Below are positions 1 to 13,960 of a stretch of DNA of 64,000 bases, one piece after another (positions within the stretch are counted from its first letter, which is position 1; every line of letters begins with the position of its first letter). The stretch lies in NCBI RefSeq assembly GCF_006345805.1, contig NW_021831985.1, positions 186,001-250,000 on the forward strand, read 5' to 3'. This DNA is from Octopus sinensis. Taxonomy: Eukaryota. A program made the translations under genes and the position numbers. The notes beneath the pieces were generated by a model that was not told where the DNA came from, did not search any database, and saw only the letters and a program-made list of their open reading frames with translations.

Positions 1-272
1 AAAATTCTGTCTGCCTTGGCGTGGTTTCTATGGCTAGATGCCCTTCCTAATGCCAGCTGCCTCACAGTCTGTACTGAGTGGTTTTTACATGGCACCAACA
101 GCAGTGAGATCACCAAATAGCTCATAAGACAAAGCCACTCAAGTGAGAAGGGAGTAGTATTGAGGTGGGTGGTTTTGTGCCAGATGAGAGGTTAGAGAAT
201 GGAGAGACACACAGAAATAGGTGACTTGCAGTAAAGGAGATACATAGCTACCTCAAGAGGTTTATATATATA

Positions 273-385
273 TCATCATTTAATGTCCATTTCCCATGCT
301 GACATAGGTTCATCATATTTAACATCCATTTTCCATACTAGCATGGGTTGGACGATTTGACAGGAGCTGGCTCAATGGAAGACTG
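273..385 (-). mobile_element. RTE-type LINE 3'-tail-derived repeat fragments
   Basis: catcatt..tccattttccat(a/g)ctagcatgggttggacg motif, shared with copies at ~25980-26025 (+), 52205-52260 and 60056-60110. Confidence 0.5.
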
Positions 386-410
386 CACCAATCTTGTGTG
401 TATGTGCATG

Positions 411-451
<41 letters not shown>

Positions 452-944
452 ATATAATAAATGCAAAAACTAATTTGTGTGTCAGTGTGTCATATTTTGA
501 CCTACTCTCTCACTATCCAATGACACTTCTACTATTCCTGGTGCTGGCGTGAGAGTAGTAGTAGGCATAGAGACGGTGAGGGTGGTGGTGAAGACAGAGA
601 AAGAAAGAAAAAGAGAGGGAGATAAAGAGACAAAGAAATTTAGGGAGAGTTGATGTTTTATTAAAAGTAGTAGTATCGATGGTGGCAGTGGGAGTAATAA
701 TAAGAGAAAGAGTGGGTATGTGAGAGAAAGAGGGAGATGATGTACAACTTTCTTTAACCATGTCTCTTTGACAGGAATTCCTGTGGCCAACATACTGTAC
801 ACTATCATTTTTGTTTTATTTTTGCTTTCTTTAATACATATATATATACACATATATAAAATATACTTTAATTGAAATTACGCTTCCCCAAAATTAAACA
901 TATCTAATATAATAAATGTTATGTCAGTGAGTCACTTTACCAAC

Positions 945-1170
945 TTTAATAAACCCTTTCTACTAGAAGCACAAGGCCTCGAATTTTGGGGTAAGGCATT
1001 AAGTCGATTACATCAACCCCAGTATGTAACTGGTACTAATTACTTCGACCCCGAATGGATGAAAGGCAAAGTCAACCTCAGTAGATTTTGAACTCAAAAC
1101 CTAACAGCAGATGAAATACCTTTAAGCTTTTCACACAGCATGCTAATGATTCTGCCAGCTCATCGCTTTA
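945..1170 (-). mobile_element. tRNA-derived SINE, family 1 (degraded)
   Basis: Reverse complement of the ggcagaa..gttagc / gagttcaaatt / gtcgactttgcctttcatcc / ggggtcgat consensus seen at 26373, 40948, 49442 and 58983. Confidence 0.75.
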
Positions 1171-1478
1171 ATATAATATATAATAAATGTATGTCAGTGT
1201 GTCACACTTTTTCAATTTTACTCCTAGGGGCCATAGCCCAACATACCAAATAATTTTGGAATCAGGCTGACTCTGTCAGTAAATTAAAAACATTCTGGGA
1301 CCGAATCTAGACCCACAATCCTGAAATTTTGGATTCCTAAGTACTGTAACTGTTTTGGGCAATTTTTTTTACATGACTTTTTGCGACAAATTTTTTTGTA
1401 CGATAATTTTTGTAATCTAAAAACCAACTCTGTGCATAAATTTAAAACATTCCAGGCCAAATCTGGACCTGCAACCTT

Positions 1479-1845
1479 GAAAATTGTGTGTAATTTAAAG
1501 GCAATTTAGCTGTTGTTTTTACCACATCCCGCGACCACCTTACACCTTTCTTGTTTTTTCAGCGCTCTGACATGTATTGGTGTTTTTCAGTATTTTTCTC
1601 TTCATAAACACATTAACAGTATGATGAGGCACCCAGGTTTAATCCATTGCTGGGATTTGAGCAAAAAAAAAAAAAAAAAAAAAAAAATCGCATTGTTCAT
1701 GTTTTAAACTCTTAAAAAAATCAAAAAAGAGAGGAAGTTTTTGGATTTATCAGAATGGAGGAGAGGATTTCAGAAAAAAAATTGAAAATAATTGTTTTGC
1801 TTATTCGCATAAATCCCAGCGCATAGAAAAGAAAATTTGCAAAAC
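1479..1845 (+). repeat. Unclassified ~350-bp interspersed repeat, copy 1
   Basis: Aligns by eye to the reverse complement of 6398-6712. Confidence 0.75.
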
Positions 1846-2404
1846 TTTGGGATTCCTATATTTTCATTACTGCTACTGTTTTTGGCGATTTTTTTTTTTT
1901 ACATGAATTTTTGCGATGAATATAATCATCATTGGTATACAACTCTGAAGGAAGCAACTGCAACAAATTCTCCAAAACAAGTCAGAGATCCATTTGCAGA
2001 CCTTCCCATTCCGGGTCAGTTACTTAAAAGCTATACACTAACTTAAAAGCCACCCTATCAGAGAACTGGACTGTACCTTCAAAGTATTCAAATTATTTAT
2101 TTTAAAAACATCCAATCAAATTATTCTGCGAGATAACCAAAATAGGTCCATAGTAGGTTATATGTCTGATGAAGAGAACTAGGATCTGTGGAAAGTTGAT
2201 GACATTTCAATGCAGCTAAATAACGGGGGGGGGGATGAGAATGAAAGGTATTAGTGGCCAAGCTTATAGGATACCATTAAGTTAATATCCTATTACTAGC
2301 ATCACATTATGTTGGTGGCTACAAGACTTACCCACCCATCAGTCGATATAGGCATAAATAGGCACCTTGTGTCTGTGAGATATAATCTTTTGTTTATATT
2401 TAAT

Positions 2405-2716
2405 CTTTCACTTGTCTCAGACATCAGACTGCAGTCACGTTGCAGCACCACCTTGAAGCATTTTAGTCCAACAGATCAACCCTAGTACTATTTTCTTTGT
2501 AAAGCCTGGTACTTACCCTATCGGTTTCTTTTGCTGAACACACATTACATAACAGGCTTCTTTCAGTTTCTATCTACCAAATCCACTCGCAAGGCTTTGG
2601 TCAGCCCAAGGCCAGAGCAGAAGACACTTGCTCAAGGTGCCATGCAGTGTGACTCAAACCAGAACCATGTGGTTGGAAAGCAAACTTTTTACCACAACGG
2701 GCCGTGCCTGCTCCTG
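2405..2716 (-). mobile_element. tRNA-derived SINE, family 2
   Basis: Reverse complement of the ggcacaggagtggctgtgtggtaag / gggttcagtccc / ccttgggcaagtgtcttc consensus at 42574 and 47787. Confidence 0.7.
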
Positions 2717-3793
2717 GCTAGGAAGTCTGCTCTGCAATCACAAGATCCCGAGTTCAATGGCATGCAGTATTTCTTAAAGTTTCAAGTCGACCCAAATATT
2801 GTGTGTGGAACTGAGCAAACAGAGAAACTGCTGAGAAACCACTCTGATGGGCTTTACCTGCAATGCAGAACTCCTCTAGCTTTGTCACACTAACCAAGTG
2901 ATGCTGACTCTACCCAAGAACTTGGTGTACGTGGTCAGTGGGAATTTAGCCACATAACATGTTTACTTAACGAATATATAGGCGGTTTAGCTGATCAAAA
3001 ATAACAGCTGAATACTCCTCGTCGAAAGTGACGGAGATCCATTATTTGAAAGCAATGCTGACAGAATTGTGAAACTATTAAGTCTTTCCGTTTGTTTTTT
3101 TTTTTAGCGATGAAGGACCAGGATTGATAAACAATGTCTCTATGGATCCCGTAATGATGCTGGATGGGGAAAAAGATAATCTTTGAAGTAAAGTGTCAAA
3201 ATACGGAAAAAAACAAAACACAAATGACATTGATCTCACACGATTTGCATTTTTACAAATAAATATTCTAATTTAACATTCAAATCATTATTTTCTTGGT
3301 ATGTTAATTGTGTGGATTAGTTCATTTTTCACATGTGCTTGTTGGAAACAATAACTCCCACGTGATTTCTGTTTTAAGAATTCACGTATCCCCTCATGAT
3401 CACGTGTCTTATTTTTCTTTATGGTTTTTGTTGCACTTTTACATACGAGACATTTCAGATTTATAGATACTGATAGAGTAACACACCAAAGCAACTTGTC
3501 AAAAATAGGTGGAGGAATAAAGATTTTCTTTTCGGCAATAAAACAAAATTCATTCTGATGCGACTTTTACAACGTTTCCAGCACGAGTTACGTTTTCCTG
3601 AATTTCATTTTAGAAGACAGGAATCAAACCAAATTTCTGACAAATTATACAAGAAAGGTATGGATTAAGGTATAAGAATCAAAATCCACATGACACTCCC
3701 ACCCCCCATACTCATGTCTAGAGCATATAAGTCCTCTAATTGCTTAAACATTCTTTCAACATTCACAATCCTTTAACCAAGACTAACCTATAT

Positions 3794-3844
<51 letters not shown>

Positions 3845-5355
3845 CATACGCATGCACATATGTATATACATATACACAAACACTCATTATACACATACAG
3901 ATGTATATACTTTAAAGACCCATATAAACACAAAACCACACATGCACGCACACGCATTTTATAGACATAACTGAAGGCGGGTGGAAGGAGAGAAGTGTTT
4001 AGACAGAAGGAGGAAAAAGGAAGAAGAGGAAAAAGTAGAAGGCGGGTGTTGCGATGGAATGAAGGAAAAACAGAATACTGGAATGATGAGGATTTACGGA
4101 ATGAAGTCAATCACCAACGACGGAATGAAAATGGACATAATGTCGGAAAAGAAAAGAGAGAGATTAAACTACTGGAAAATAAAATGACGATTATGGAACG
4201 AAGAACAGCCCTAAAGGGACACAGCATTAGAAATCCATTAAGGACATAGTATAAGGAAAAATAAAAAAAATATCGAAATAATATAATCATATACATAAAC
4301 ACACACACAGCCTTGTGTTGACTTTAGATTACGAAACCTAAATGCAAATCCTTTCTAATGTGCAAGTTTTTATTTAATATTCCCAATTAGCAATTTGTAA
4401 CATAAGCCAAAATATTTTAGATCATTTTAATGGTTTGAAAAAAAAAATTAATTCTAATAGTTGGGTTCTTTTTGAAACCGAAAAACTTAGACCTTGAATT
4501 TGACTTAGGAAGCCCTACATTCCGCGAAATCCTTCTTGTCCATCAGCAATTTACATGTCAAAATCTTCGCAAGAATTTTTAATGGTTCAAAAATGAGAAA
4601 TAAATACGTAAATAATACGAATTTGTAATTTTAGCTTACATAATCAAAGCTGAAATTGGACTTTCGAACCAGGTGTCCTATATATATATACATATATATA
4701 TTAGTAAAAACTTCACGGAAATGGATTGAAGCGAGGCATTTTTTTAATGATTAAATTTTTGTAAAACTATTTTTTGCATATTAAGTATAGGTACAGCAGA
4801 AAAAGAAAAATGTATAAAAAAACAAAACTGCACTTTTATTTTTCCTGAGAGCTGAAAGGGAGGCGCATAAAGAGAAAGTCCACCAAAACCTAAGGATAAG
4901 TCGAAAATGACCAAAAAGAAAACCTTATTCCTGGATTTCTTGGTCATTTCCAGCCGTTATGAACGTTATAATTTGAAATAAGTGAGCTAAGTTCAGCCCC
5001 CAACCGACATTATGGACGTTGGATAGTTAATGAGGGAGATCTGGTTCCTATTTCTACCATCTCGAATTATAATATATATTGGGGATTATTAAGAGCTGGA
5101 ACGTAATATATATGAGTGCCTGATGGATATAAAATGTTTGCACGTTTTGGAAAGTGTTAAGAGGATGGGAGTAAAATGGGGGAAAAGAAAGGAAGGTGGA
5201 TTACTTTACATGTGGCATGGAGGAAAACGTGTTTTATTATTCGTCTGCCAAATCAGTCAAACATGGCAGAGCCGAAAGAGAAAAAATTCTGCCTCCATAG
5301 CTATTGGGATTGTGTGCGTATGTGTGTGTGTATGTATGTGTGTATGTGTGTGTGA

Positions 5356-5395
<40 letters not shown>

Positions 5396-6397
5396 CGAGA
5401 GACACACATACACAAGCGCACACACTCCGTCGCTCCTGCCTCAATGAGAACAGATTAGCTGGTAAATTATTTAACTGCTGCAAATGGACAAGGCACCTAA
5501 TCTGCTTTTTTTTTTCTGTGTTTGCATTTTCTTTTACGCTGATTTATCACTGTATTTACAAAAAAAGGAAAAAATAGAAAACAATGTATGCTCCAACATG
5601 ACCGCACCCGCATGACTGAAATGTATGTGTGTACATATATCTATCGCCCCACCACCGTACATGTCTCTACGAGAGATTTAGAAATTCAGTATTTTTTATA
5701 TATATATATACCCACACAAACTGACATGTGCGTGCGTGTGTGGATAAACACACAAGAAACGTTGTCATAAAATACAAAACACTTTTATAGAAGATACAGA
5801 AGTCCTATTTCCATAACAAAAAAAAATATTAGACTCAAACACCAAAACCGCAAAATCCTCTTGACACAGTAAATGAAAGCGAAAACAAAAAAATGGGAGT
5901 GCATATTGTTTACATACAAGCGCACACATTGTATGTGTTTGTGTGTGTGTATGCATGTATGTATGTGTGTGTGCATACGCGTGTGAATGTTTTCCCCACC
6001 AAACATAACACAAAACCAGCAAATATTTATAGAGGTCGGCGAATCTGAAGCAAAATCAGTCTATCGCTTGAAATGACCATATTTACTAATAACCACGATG
6101 ACATTCATTCGACCATGGCGTGACGGCGTGTATGTATGTGTGTGCGTGCATGTGTATGGCTAAGCATCAGCAGCGACGAACTTCGTTAAAAATGCTCAGA
6201 GAGGTAGTTTTCAGTAGTTAAAAATGGCTATGCAAGCTACACAAGAACAAACCAATTATACAGACCACTGATAGAAAGACATAAAAAACAAAACTGACAC
6301 AAACAGATACCCACCATCTGTGTCAGTTCAAAATTCTGTGGAGTTATTTCGGCAGAATTCTGGTGGAATGTTCAGAAAATGTTTGCGAATTTTCAGG

Positions 6398-6712
6398 GAT
6401 TCATGCGAATAAGCAAAACAATTATTTTCAATTTTTTAAAAAATCCTCTCCTTCATTCCGATAAATCCTAAAATTTCCCCTCTTTTTCGATTAATTAAGA
6501 GTTTAAAACACGGACAATACGGTTTGGGGGGGGGCTCAAATCCCAGCAATGAATTACACCTGGGTGCATCATTATAGTATTAACTGTATTTATGAAGAGA
6601 AAAATACTGAAAAAACACCAATGCATGTCAGAGCGACGAAAAAGCTAAAAGGTGGTCGCGGGATGTGGTAAAAACAACAGCTAAATTGCCCTTAAATTAC
6701 CCACAATTTTTC
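6398..6712 (-). repeat. Unclassified ~350-bp interspersed repeat, copy 2 (inverted)
   Basis: Reverse complement of 1479-1830, e.g. aaggtggtcgcgggatgtggtaaaaacaacagctaaattgcc. Confidence 0.75.
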
Positions 6713-7213
6713 TTTTATATTTGTTTGCATTATCGTATGAATTCCCGTGTGTAGAACACAAATTCGCAAAACTTTCCTGAAAAATTCCAAAAAATAAAAT
6801 ACAAATTGAGAGTACTTAAAACTAAAATTCCTCCCGTTATTTCTTCATACATACGTTATTTCACACACATACAGGCATAGCGTGAAAGATGTTAAGAAGA
6901 CCCTAGGAAGAAAAAAAGATTATCCTCAAATAAGAGAATTGGTCCCTAATTTGGCAGAACGGACACCAGCAATAGCATCCAAGGACCAACTGATAGTAAG
7001 TATTAAACTGTGCGACGGATTTAAATAGGCAACGGCGAGGTTTAAAACTCAAAAGCATAAATAAGTCGTTCAATGAATGGCTCGAGCAATCCTTCCGAGT
7101 TGCCTATTTCTTGACCCAGGAAGAATGAAAAGGCAAAACTGAATTCAGTACGACTTGAACACTGAACTGGAGAAAACAGTTGAAAGGATTTTTGTAGTCG
7201 TTTAGATGTAGGC

Positions 7214-7365
7214 CGGTGGTTCCCAACATACTGTTCACAAAGGCAGTAGTGGGGGTTCCCTGAACTAAATTCACTGACAGACCTTTCAAGATATTGGGGT
7301 TCGTGGGAAAATTCATTTACAAAACGGGGAGGGGGGCTTGGTAGTGAAAAGGTTGTAAACCACTG
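7214..7365. mobile_element. Short hAT-like MITE
   Basis: Imperfect TIRs cggtggttcccaac / gttgtaaaccactg; 8-bp flanks atgtaggc / ttgtagac (6/8 match, degenerate TSD). Confidence 0.5.
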
Positions 7366-7489
7366 TTGTAGACGATTCCACTTCGCCACCTAGATAGCAG
7401 TTATGTCCCTTTGCCTTATGAAACATACCTGCAGCTGTCAATTTTTGCTTTTATACATGCGTATGTATGCACATGTGTGTGTATGTATA

Positions 7490-7651
7490 TATACATTCAC
7501 ACACAGAATATTATACATATATATTACGCAGAGTATATATATATACTCTGCGTAATATATATGTATAATATAATATATATATATAAAATATATATGTATA
7601 ATATAATATTCGACCATGTGCCTTGTTGTACCATTTATCTACATTTATATG

Positions 7652-7689
<38 letters not shown>

Positions 7690-7764
7690 GAGTATACACA
7701 CATACATACATATATATTATATACACATACACACAAAATATATTGTACATATATATTACGCAGA

Positions 7765-7822
<58 letters not shown>

Positions 7823-7956
7823 TATATATATACACATACACACAAAATATATTGTACATATATATTACGCAGAGTATATATATATAATATATATATATAT
7901 TATATATATATATATACATACACACAAAATATATTGTACATATATATTACGCAGAG

Positions 7957-7999
<43 letters not shown>

Positions 8000-8030
8000 C
8001 ACACACATATATATTATATACACATACACA
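7490..8030. repeat. Compound minisatellite: cacacaaaatatattgtacatatatattacgcagag-(TA)n units, including a perfect 64-bp palindrome
   Basis: Unit at ~7500, 7730, 7838 and 7920; palindrome at 7508-7571. Confidence 0.85.
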
Positions 8031-9956
8031 CGTTTGCGGGGGCGTGTACAGTCCCTCTGCAACGCCGAGCCGACTAAAATCTTGAATAGTTTTTGGTAGA
8101 CAAACACTTAAAGCCCGACGTATACGTGTGTTTGAGCATGTGAGCAGGCATGTTCCCCTCCCCACACCCCATCCACGGCTTGGCATTCAGTGTAGGTTTG
8201 TTTACGTCAACCTACCAAAGCGATTCAGCAAAATACAGATAGAGTTTTAAAAAAACAAAAATTCCCAGAATCGAGATATAAACACCACTGGAAAGTGGGT
8301 TAAAAATCAAAACTAGCACAAGCGGTATTTGAACCCCCAGCACAACGGTCATAATAAACGTTTTTTTTTTTGTTTTATGGATTCTGTCATTAACATCAAC
8401 ACCACAACCATTCTCGAAACATGGTCACGAAACAACCTGAATTCAACCTAATGTCCGTCTCTACCATTATATACTGGGAGCAAATAATGTGAATGTCACA
8501 TTGATACACGGCCACAAAATCATGAACAAGGAAGTGAGAGAGTAGAGTGACAGAGATATAAAAAAGTCAACCGGACGGCTACTAAAAATAAATTTCTCCT
8601 AAATTTATTTAAAGCAAGGTCAAACTATTATGCTAGCGGGTTGAGCATGACACCCATGTAATCTATCGAAAGTATGACAAACAGATGGTGTCTGAACGCA
8701 TGGCATTAATCAACCTGCTAGAAACAACAGCCAAACATCCAATAACACACTACACTCAATAAAAACAGTGCATAATGAAATACAAGTGAATGAGTGTGTG
8801 TGTGTGTTATACACACACACAGGAGTGAGCTAACAAACGAAAGAAAGTGGCACTCCACGCATTTTGTAAGAGTAACATATTATCTAATAAGTTTGACTCA
8901 GCTCCGTATGACTTCTTTAGATATCTGAGATGGGTTCGTTTGTTCTATGATGCCATAGAGCTGAGTCACACATACACAGAGGCCACGGCAGCGTGAATGC
9001 CTTTTGTCAAGTCCGTTTAATCAGTGCAAATCCGGTGCCAAAAACGACAATATACAAGAAAGGTGCTTCTTTTATCGAACCGAAGCTGGAAAAGCCAAAT
9101 TTAACCCTCAACGAAATTTGAACTCGGGTCTTAAAGGGAGGTAATCAAGATTATATTTCCGTCTCGATCATTCCAGCGCTTAATTAATAACAATTATCGT
9201 ATTGTCGGTTCCAGCCAGAGGTCGTGGCCATGCTGGGGCACAGCCATTCATAATTTTTTTTTTTTTATTAAAGACACGAAACCTATAAAAAGATTCTTTT
9301 TTTCTTTACTGTATGGGATATTATACTCGATTGATATTTCACTAACCCCCAAAAAGAAATGAAAATCAAATTCGACTGTCGATGGAATTGAACTCTCAAT
9401 GATTAGAACTCATACCAGTAGTAGTAGTATATTCGAATACAGCACAAGGTTTGGTATTTGCAAAGCCGTAGGCGTGCGTAAATGGACAGAATCGAACACC
9501 CAAGTGTATTACTGGTACATGACATTTCATAATCAACAAAAAGATTGAAGAAGAAAAGTCGACCAAAAGCAGGTTTCAACACCGATTCATATCTTATTCA
9601 TTTTACTAAACGAACAGCAATATTACTAATATTAAAAATATTCTGTCTAGGCGCAAAAATTCAGTATACGAGGGGGGGGGTAGAGCTCAGAGAGGGAAAA
9701 GGCACAATAGATTGAATTGATTTCATTTAGCTTTGTTTTTCTTTTACTTTATTGACCCGTGAAGTTACAAAGATCGATTTCACTGAAGATGAAGAAACGA
9801 TACGTACAGAAGAAAACACCAAGAAAAAAATTATGCTGAATGACTACAGTACCACACAAATATTAGATTAGACGTGTGTGTGTGTGTGAAGGCATACATA
9901 CCTACATAAATGTACTCTCACGTAACGTACAGAATTTTTTTTTTAAATTTAATTTA

Positions 9957-10375
9957 CGGATCTTTTCGGTTTGAACGGCAGTTTTTAGAATAATTTCTAG
10001 GTAACTAAAAAATTCTAAACTTCGTATACTGGTAGAATGTGTTTATAAAACATCTTTTTCTCTTGACTTTATTGAGAAAATGCTATGGTTTGTAAGATAT
10101 TTGTTGTTTTTTCTTCAATTTCTGCAATTTCAACCAATCACTGATGTCTACTGAGGTAAAAAAAAAAGAACATTATGTGCCGTATGAATATGTCCCTCGT
10201 TTAAGAAACAGATTGGGTTTATTTACATTTCTGAAGAAAAAAAAAGATATCCTTCCCCCCACCCCTAACCCTAAAACAGATTGAAATGCAATAGATCGAT
10301 ACTAGGGTCATAATTATGGGTGACAATTTCATATGACACCGCTAGAAAAAAACTGCCGTTCAAACCGAAAAGATC
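9957..10375. mobile_element. ~420-bp MITE with 28-bp perfect TIRs
   Basis: gatcttttcggtttgaacggcagttttt (9959-9986) and its reverse complement (10348-10375); ttaattta on both flanks (9949-9956, 10376-10383); internal ccctaaccctaa. Confidence 0.8.
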
Positions 10376-13059
10376 TTAATTTACTACAAAAATACCTTTC
10401 CGAAGAAACAAAGTCGGAGTGCACGCTTGAGGGGGGGGGGTGATAGCCAGACAGACACAGAGAGTGGAGAGCCCCTACGTTTGGTGTCCGCCTCCACAAC
10501 CCCGAAGTTGTTCCCTCTTAACTTTCAGATAAAGACGTATTTTTTTCTAATATTTAGCAGATATGTTTTCGAGAGTAGGTTACTATTACGCTGATAAATA
10601 TATATAAAAAGAGAAATATATATTTGGCGGGAGGGGAGCTTCGAATCAATCTTCTTAGAAATAATAACCTACTTTTTATGACCATGAATTTCTGTAGCTT
10701 TAAATTTTCACCTTTTTTTTCCCTCCACTTTCTACTTATATTTGAAACTTCAGCATTACGTAATCTACACTGTTGAAAACGTAATTCTGCAAAATTTCAG
10801 TTGAAGAAATAAGCATTTTAAATACGGAAAAGTCGAAAGGGGTGAGGAGCAGAAAGATTCGTAAAGCTTCAAAAATAAAAAATATAAATAAAATTTTCAC
10901 GAAGTTTTTAGGAAAGTAAGTTGAAAAGAAGGACCAGTTTAAGTTAAATTATAGCAATTAACATTGAACTGAAGGATAACAGACTAATTTTAGTCGAGTA
11001 AGCCGTGACTTCACACACACTAGTCTATAATTATATATATATATATAAATAAATGAAAGAATGGAGTCGAACATTTATTCATATACAACACACAAATTTC
11101 TACACATGAACCCGGAGTTTCTACCCTTGACAGGTCGCTTCAACCGTGTTTTCTGACCTGAATTTGCTACCCAGGTTTGGGTTAAACGAATTTTCCATGC
11201 TGACGATAAACATAGGATAATTCATTCACCTACTTAAATAAATATATATATATATACATACACACACACTTCAATTCGACGGAATCTGGAATGCACGTGG
11301 CGCGGAACTTAACGACACAGTAAAATCAAACTGCCTTCTGTATCATGTATTGAGTACACACACCCCTCACTTTTGTTCGTAAACAAACACGTGTGTGAGA
11401 GAGAGAAAGAATAATGGAATTATAATGGTTTAATTATATTTTAAACATCATTACTATTTCCGAGGTAGATAATCGACAGCTAACAAAACGGTTAAGAGTC
11501 AGCCTTTTTTTCCATGTAAAACAAATTTGAAATTCTACTAAAATGTACATGAAACACACAAAGTTTCATAGAAAGCGATTCGTTAAATAAGTCGAAAATT
11601 AATCACATTGTGCTTGATGGGAAATTAAACATCAATACAAAGAACACAAAACAATACTTGTAGGCACAAAGAAAGAAAGGGGTAAAAAGGCCAATAAAAT
11701 TTATCGACCCCCACCCTAGGTATGAAATGCTACTAATGTCTATAACGATAAGACGGCCAAATTGAGTTCAGCGCGACTTTGGTATGGAGGTTAAGGCCAC
11801 ACTGTAAAACTGACTTGCAAAACGATTTGACTGTAAAATTTCAAATAAAATAATAATAGTATATACAACAAATGAAATAAAATTTTGAAACCTGATTATG
11901 TGGGTTGTTTTTCTTTCCTTATTTGTGTTCCTTCTAATTACGTTCACATCAACAATACTTTTATAAGAAAACCCCCGTGTGTCTGTGAGTGAAACTGAAA
12001 GGGTTTCCAAAGGAAAGGTGCTATATAAAATTATAGGAAAAAACGATCGAGATTCACATGTGTCTGTATCTATAAATATGTATGTGTGTATGCAGGTATT
12101 CTGTGATTGACGCGGTAGGCGGGAGGTTAAATTAACAAGTATAAAAGAAAAAGGCCAACCAAAAAACAACACGAAGCAAGCGCAATTGGAGCAGAAAAAA
12201 TATGGAGGAAACGTAGAGAAAGTAACAAAAACGAAAATTGGACGGGGGTGGTTAAGCTAAGAGTTAAATTTAACTACTACAAATGCAGATACATGTGTTT
12301 CACTCTTAACTACCCAACACTTACTTATATAGTAGAGTTTGTGTGTGTGTACTCATGCATGCATATATACACACCCTTTGCATATAACCTTTATTCGATT
12401 CGTAAACTAAAAATAGTTGTGCAATGCAACACAATAAACGAACTAACTGAAAGAATCACACATCGACACCGATGATGATACTGGAGGGAACGCGTTTATT
12501 TGATGTTTCCATGTGGAAAAATAAAGCAGAGTATTGACTTTCCGCCAGTGTTAGGTATACATTAGATAACACTGGTGTGTGTGTGTGTTTGAAAGAGAAT
12601 TCAGCAAGGTGTGAGAATACAGAGTTGCCGATTCGACATCACACTTGTACTTCTTATTCAATCACTTCTGGTAGACAGACTATTTTATTATAATTTCATA
12701 AATGTACGTATGTATGTATGTGCATATATACGCTATGCACAGAGGCGCGTGCACACAGACACACACACACAAATCATTCATGATCATCGTTTTAACATTC
12801 ACTTTTCCATCTTTACTTGGGTCCAGACATGCATGCACAAAAAGAAACTGATATAGTCGTAATAAATTTATTGAACATCTGTATGTGTAACATTCTTATA
12901 AGTGCACGTGTCTGTGTGTGCGTGTGTATATATATATAATAAGCTCCTGTTATACATTAGATTTCCAAAATGGGCACTTGCGCATTAGATACATTGTAGA
13001 CACGTTTTTATATAAGAATGTGTAAGCACATAGAAATCAAAAAAAGTATTATGTATCCG

Positions 13060-13960
13060 TAATTTTTCAATACAGTCCCCGTTTGTTCCAACTTTGTTAA
13101 AGCTTTAAACCTTCAAAGAAAAATAATGTTTCCAGTTTGGGGCATGAGCCACATTTATGCACCCCTTCTTTCACTTATTGGCCCGTCGCGAATCTGTTGT
13201 CTCTTAAGGTTTCTTTCACCGATGCAATCAAACAGGTGACAATGAGAGGTCAGAAGTATGTCGACGATCTTCCAGTGCTTCAAATTTCAGTTTCAGAATA
13301 ACAGTCGTATAACAACGAGCATTATGTTGTAAACAACACAATGTCTTTCAAGAGAACTTCTGCATGTTTTACTTCAAAATGCAAGACAGAGCTTGTCATG
13401 TAACATCTTGCTATAATGAGCATGGTTTACAGCTGAGCTTTCTCTCCTGATTAATGCTTCAGTATTGGTCTTCGCTAATCCAAAAATACTATCTGCATCG
13501 ATTTTCATACTTTTGCTGGTAAATAAGGTATCCAGGTTAAAATCCCAAGTGACGATTTTTTTCCCCAAAAAAGAAATCCAAAAGCCCTTGGTAGATTTCA
13601 AATGATTTTTGTTTGTGCAATTTCGTTTGTTGTTCCGAGGATCCATCATGCACAAACAATATCAATGTCAAGTTCAATGTTGTGAACAATTTCATGGTAG
13701 AACCAAGGTTAATTTGCATATAACAAAATACACCACCAATCAAAAGTCAGGTATCCATTCAATAGAATCAGGTCACGGCCTCATTCAGTGTTGTCATCAG
13801 TACAAGACACAGCCATGCATCCAGCTCCTTTTTTCTGATCCGCGACACTTGAGCGACCATTTTTGGAATTTTCAATCCATTTGTAGAGCCCGTTATGTAT
13901 GACAAAACACCATTCTCATATCGTGCTAAAATCCTTCGATCGATTTCGGTTACTAATACA
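13060..13960 (-). pseudogene. Degenerate mariner transposase
   Basis: Minus-strand remnants GLYKWIENSKNGRS (cf. VYEWIEKFKNGRTS), KIVTWD (cf. IVTGDETW) and a C-terminal L*QSWNK; many stops and frameshifts. Confidence 0.65.

Noticed and set aside
2165-2210. CTGATGA...GAAA hammerhead or C/D snoRNA candidate; also a GAAACAGCTGTA half-motif at ~53596-53610 (minus)
   Set aside because: Stems I and II, or the other conserved boxes, cannot be formed.
7411-8186. [12 protein letters not shown]-rich ORFs here and at ~21.5, 27.5, 59.8 and 62.1 kb
   Set aside because: Translations of (TA)n/(CA)n tracts.
10262-10275. Telomere-like ccctaaccctaa (also ~22512-22530)
   Set aside because: Only about two units, inside a MITE or unique DNA; not an interstitial telomere array.
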